Below, in pieces: positions 63,403 to 64,000 of a stretch of 64,000 nucleotides of DNA; the stretch's first letter is position 1, and each line of letters begins with the position of its first letter. Source of the stretch: Octopus sinensis (lineage: Eukaryota); the NCBI RefSeq assembly GCF_006345805.1, contig NC_043008.1:55242001-55306000 (forward strand), written 5' to 3'. The translations under genes and the position numbers were made by a program. Below the pieces are notes generated by a model. The model saw only the letters and a list, made by a program, of their open reading frames with translations, ran no database searches and was not told the DNA's origin.

Positions 63403-63817
63403 TACTCTTTTACTCTTTTACTTGTTTCAGTCATTTGACTGCGGCCATGCTGGAGCACCGCCTTTAATCGAGCAACTCGACCCCGGGACTTATTCTTTTG
63501 TAAGCCCAGTACTTATTCTATCGGTCTCTTTTGCCGAACCGCTAAGTAACGGGGACGTAAACACACCAGCATCGCTTGTCAAGCACTGCTAGGGGGACAA
63601 ACACAGACACACAAACATACACGCACCCACACATATATATATACATATATACGACGGGCTTCTTTCAGTTTCCGTCTACCAAATCCACTCACAAGGCATT
63701 GGTCGGCCTGGGGCTATAGCAGAAGACACTTGCCCAAGGTGCCATGCAGTGGGACTGAACCCTGAACCATGTGGTTGGTTAGCAAGCTACTTACCACACA
63801 GCCACTCCTGCGCCTAT
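63403..63817 (-). mobile_element. SINE family A, full length, inverted tail-to-tail with the previous copy
   Basis: Complete reverse complement; 15-bp spacer. Confidence 0.92.
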
Positions 63818-64000
63818 ATAATACATATATAATACTTTTAAAATTTATTGAAATATTTAAGTAATGATACAATTTTTCATTGCTTTTGCTAGTATTTGTG
63901 TATTAATATAGTCTTGTATAGATAGGATCAGTGAGGCCCTGGTAGAAGGCAGAGGACATGTCCTTACCAACATGTGGTAGATTGCTATGAGGTGGGAAGC

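Overview
AT-rich, repeat-dense eukaryotic genomic DNA. From the SINE families and microsatellite style I infer an octopus (coleoid cephalopod); this is not database-checked. There is no prokaryotic gene content, CRISPR array, rRNA or genuine tRNA gene. One spliced + strand host gene can be partly reconstructed from four phase-compatible exons (7178-7486, 11009-11099, 15478-15644, 31790-32083; 861 nt, 287 aa). It encodes a Gly/Ala-repeat block followed by an Asn/Gln/His/Asp-rich low-complexity region with no family I recognise; its 5' exons lie outside the window. Motif-level candidates for extra mini/microexons lie at 1727-1737, 2699-2734, 9126-9137 and 36180-36194, with alternative last exons at 21949 and 36406. 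The rest is transposon debris: four SINE families, two internally deleted mariners, two non-autonomous Helitrons, a Helentron-type HINE, piggyBac-type MITEs, and R4/Dong-, RTE- and CR1/L2-type LINE fragments. The most unusual observations are: (i) six short foldback (palindromic) inserts, five of them in (TA)n tracts, plus four minimal hammerhead-ribozyme-like motifs (two inside the foldbacks), suggesting Penelope-like/retrozyme-type mini-elements; (ii) a SINE trimer with an exact 184-bp period inside a single 11-bp TSD; (iii) strong + strand polarity of the (ATT)n-associated SINE; (iv) closely spaced inverted SINE pairs that would form long dsRNA. Internal SINE family names A-D and repeat E are my own labels.
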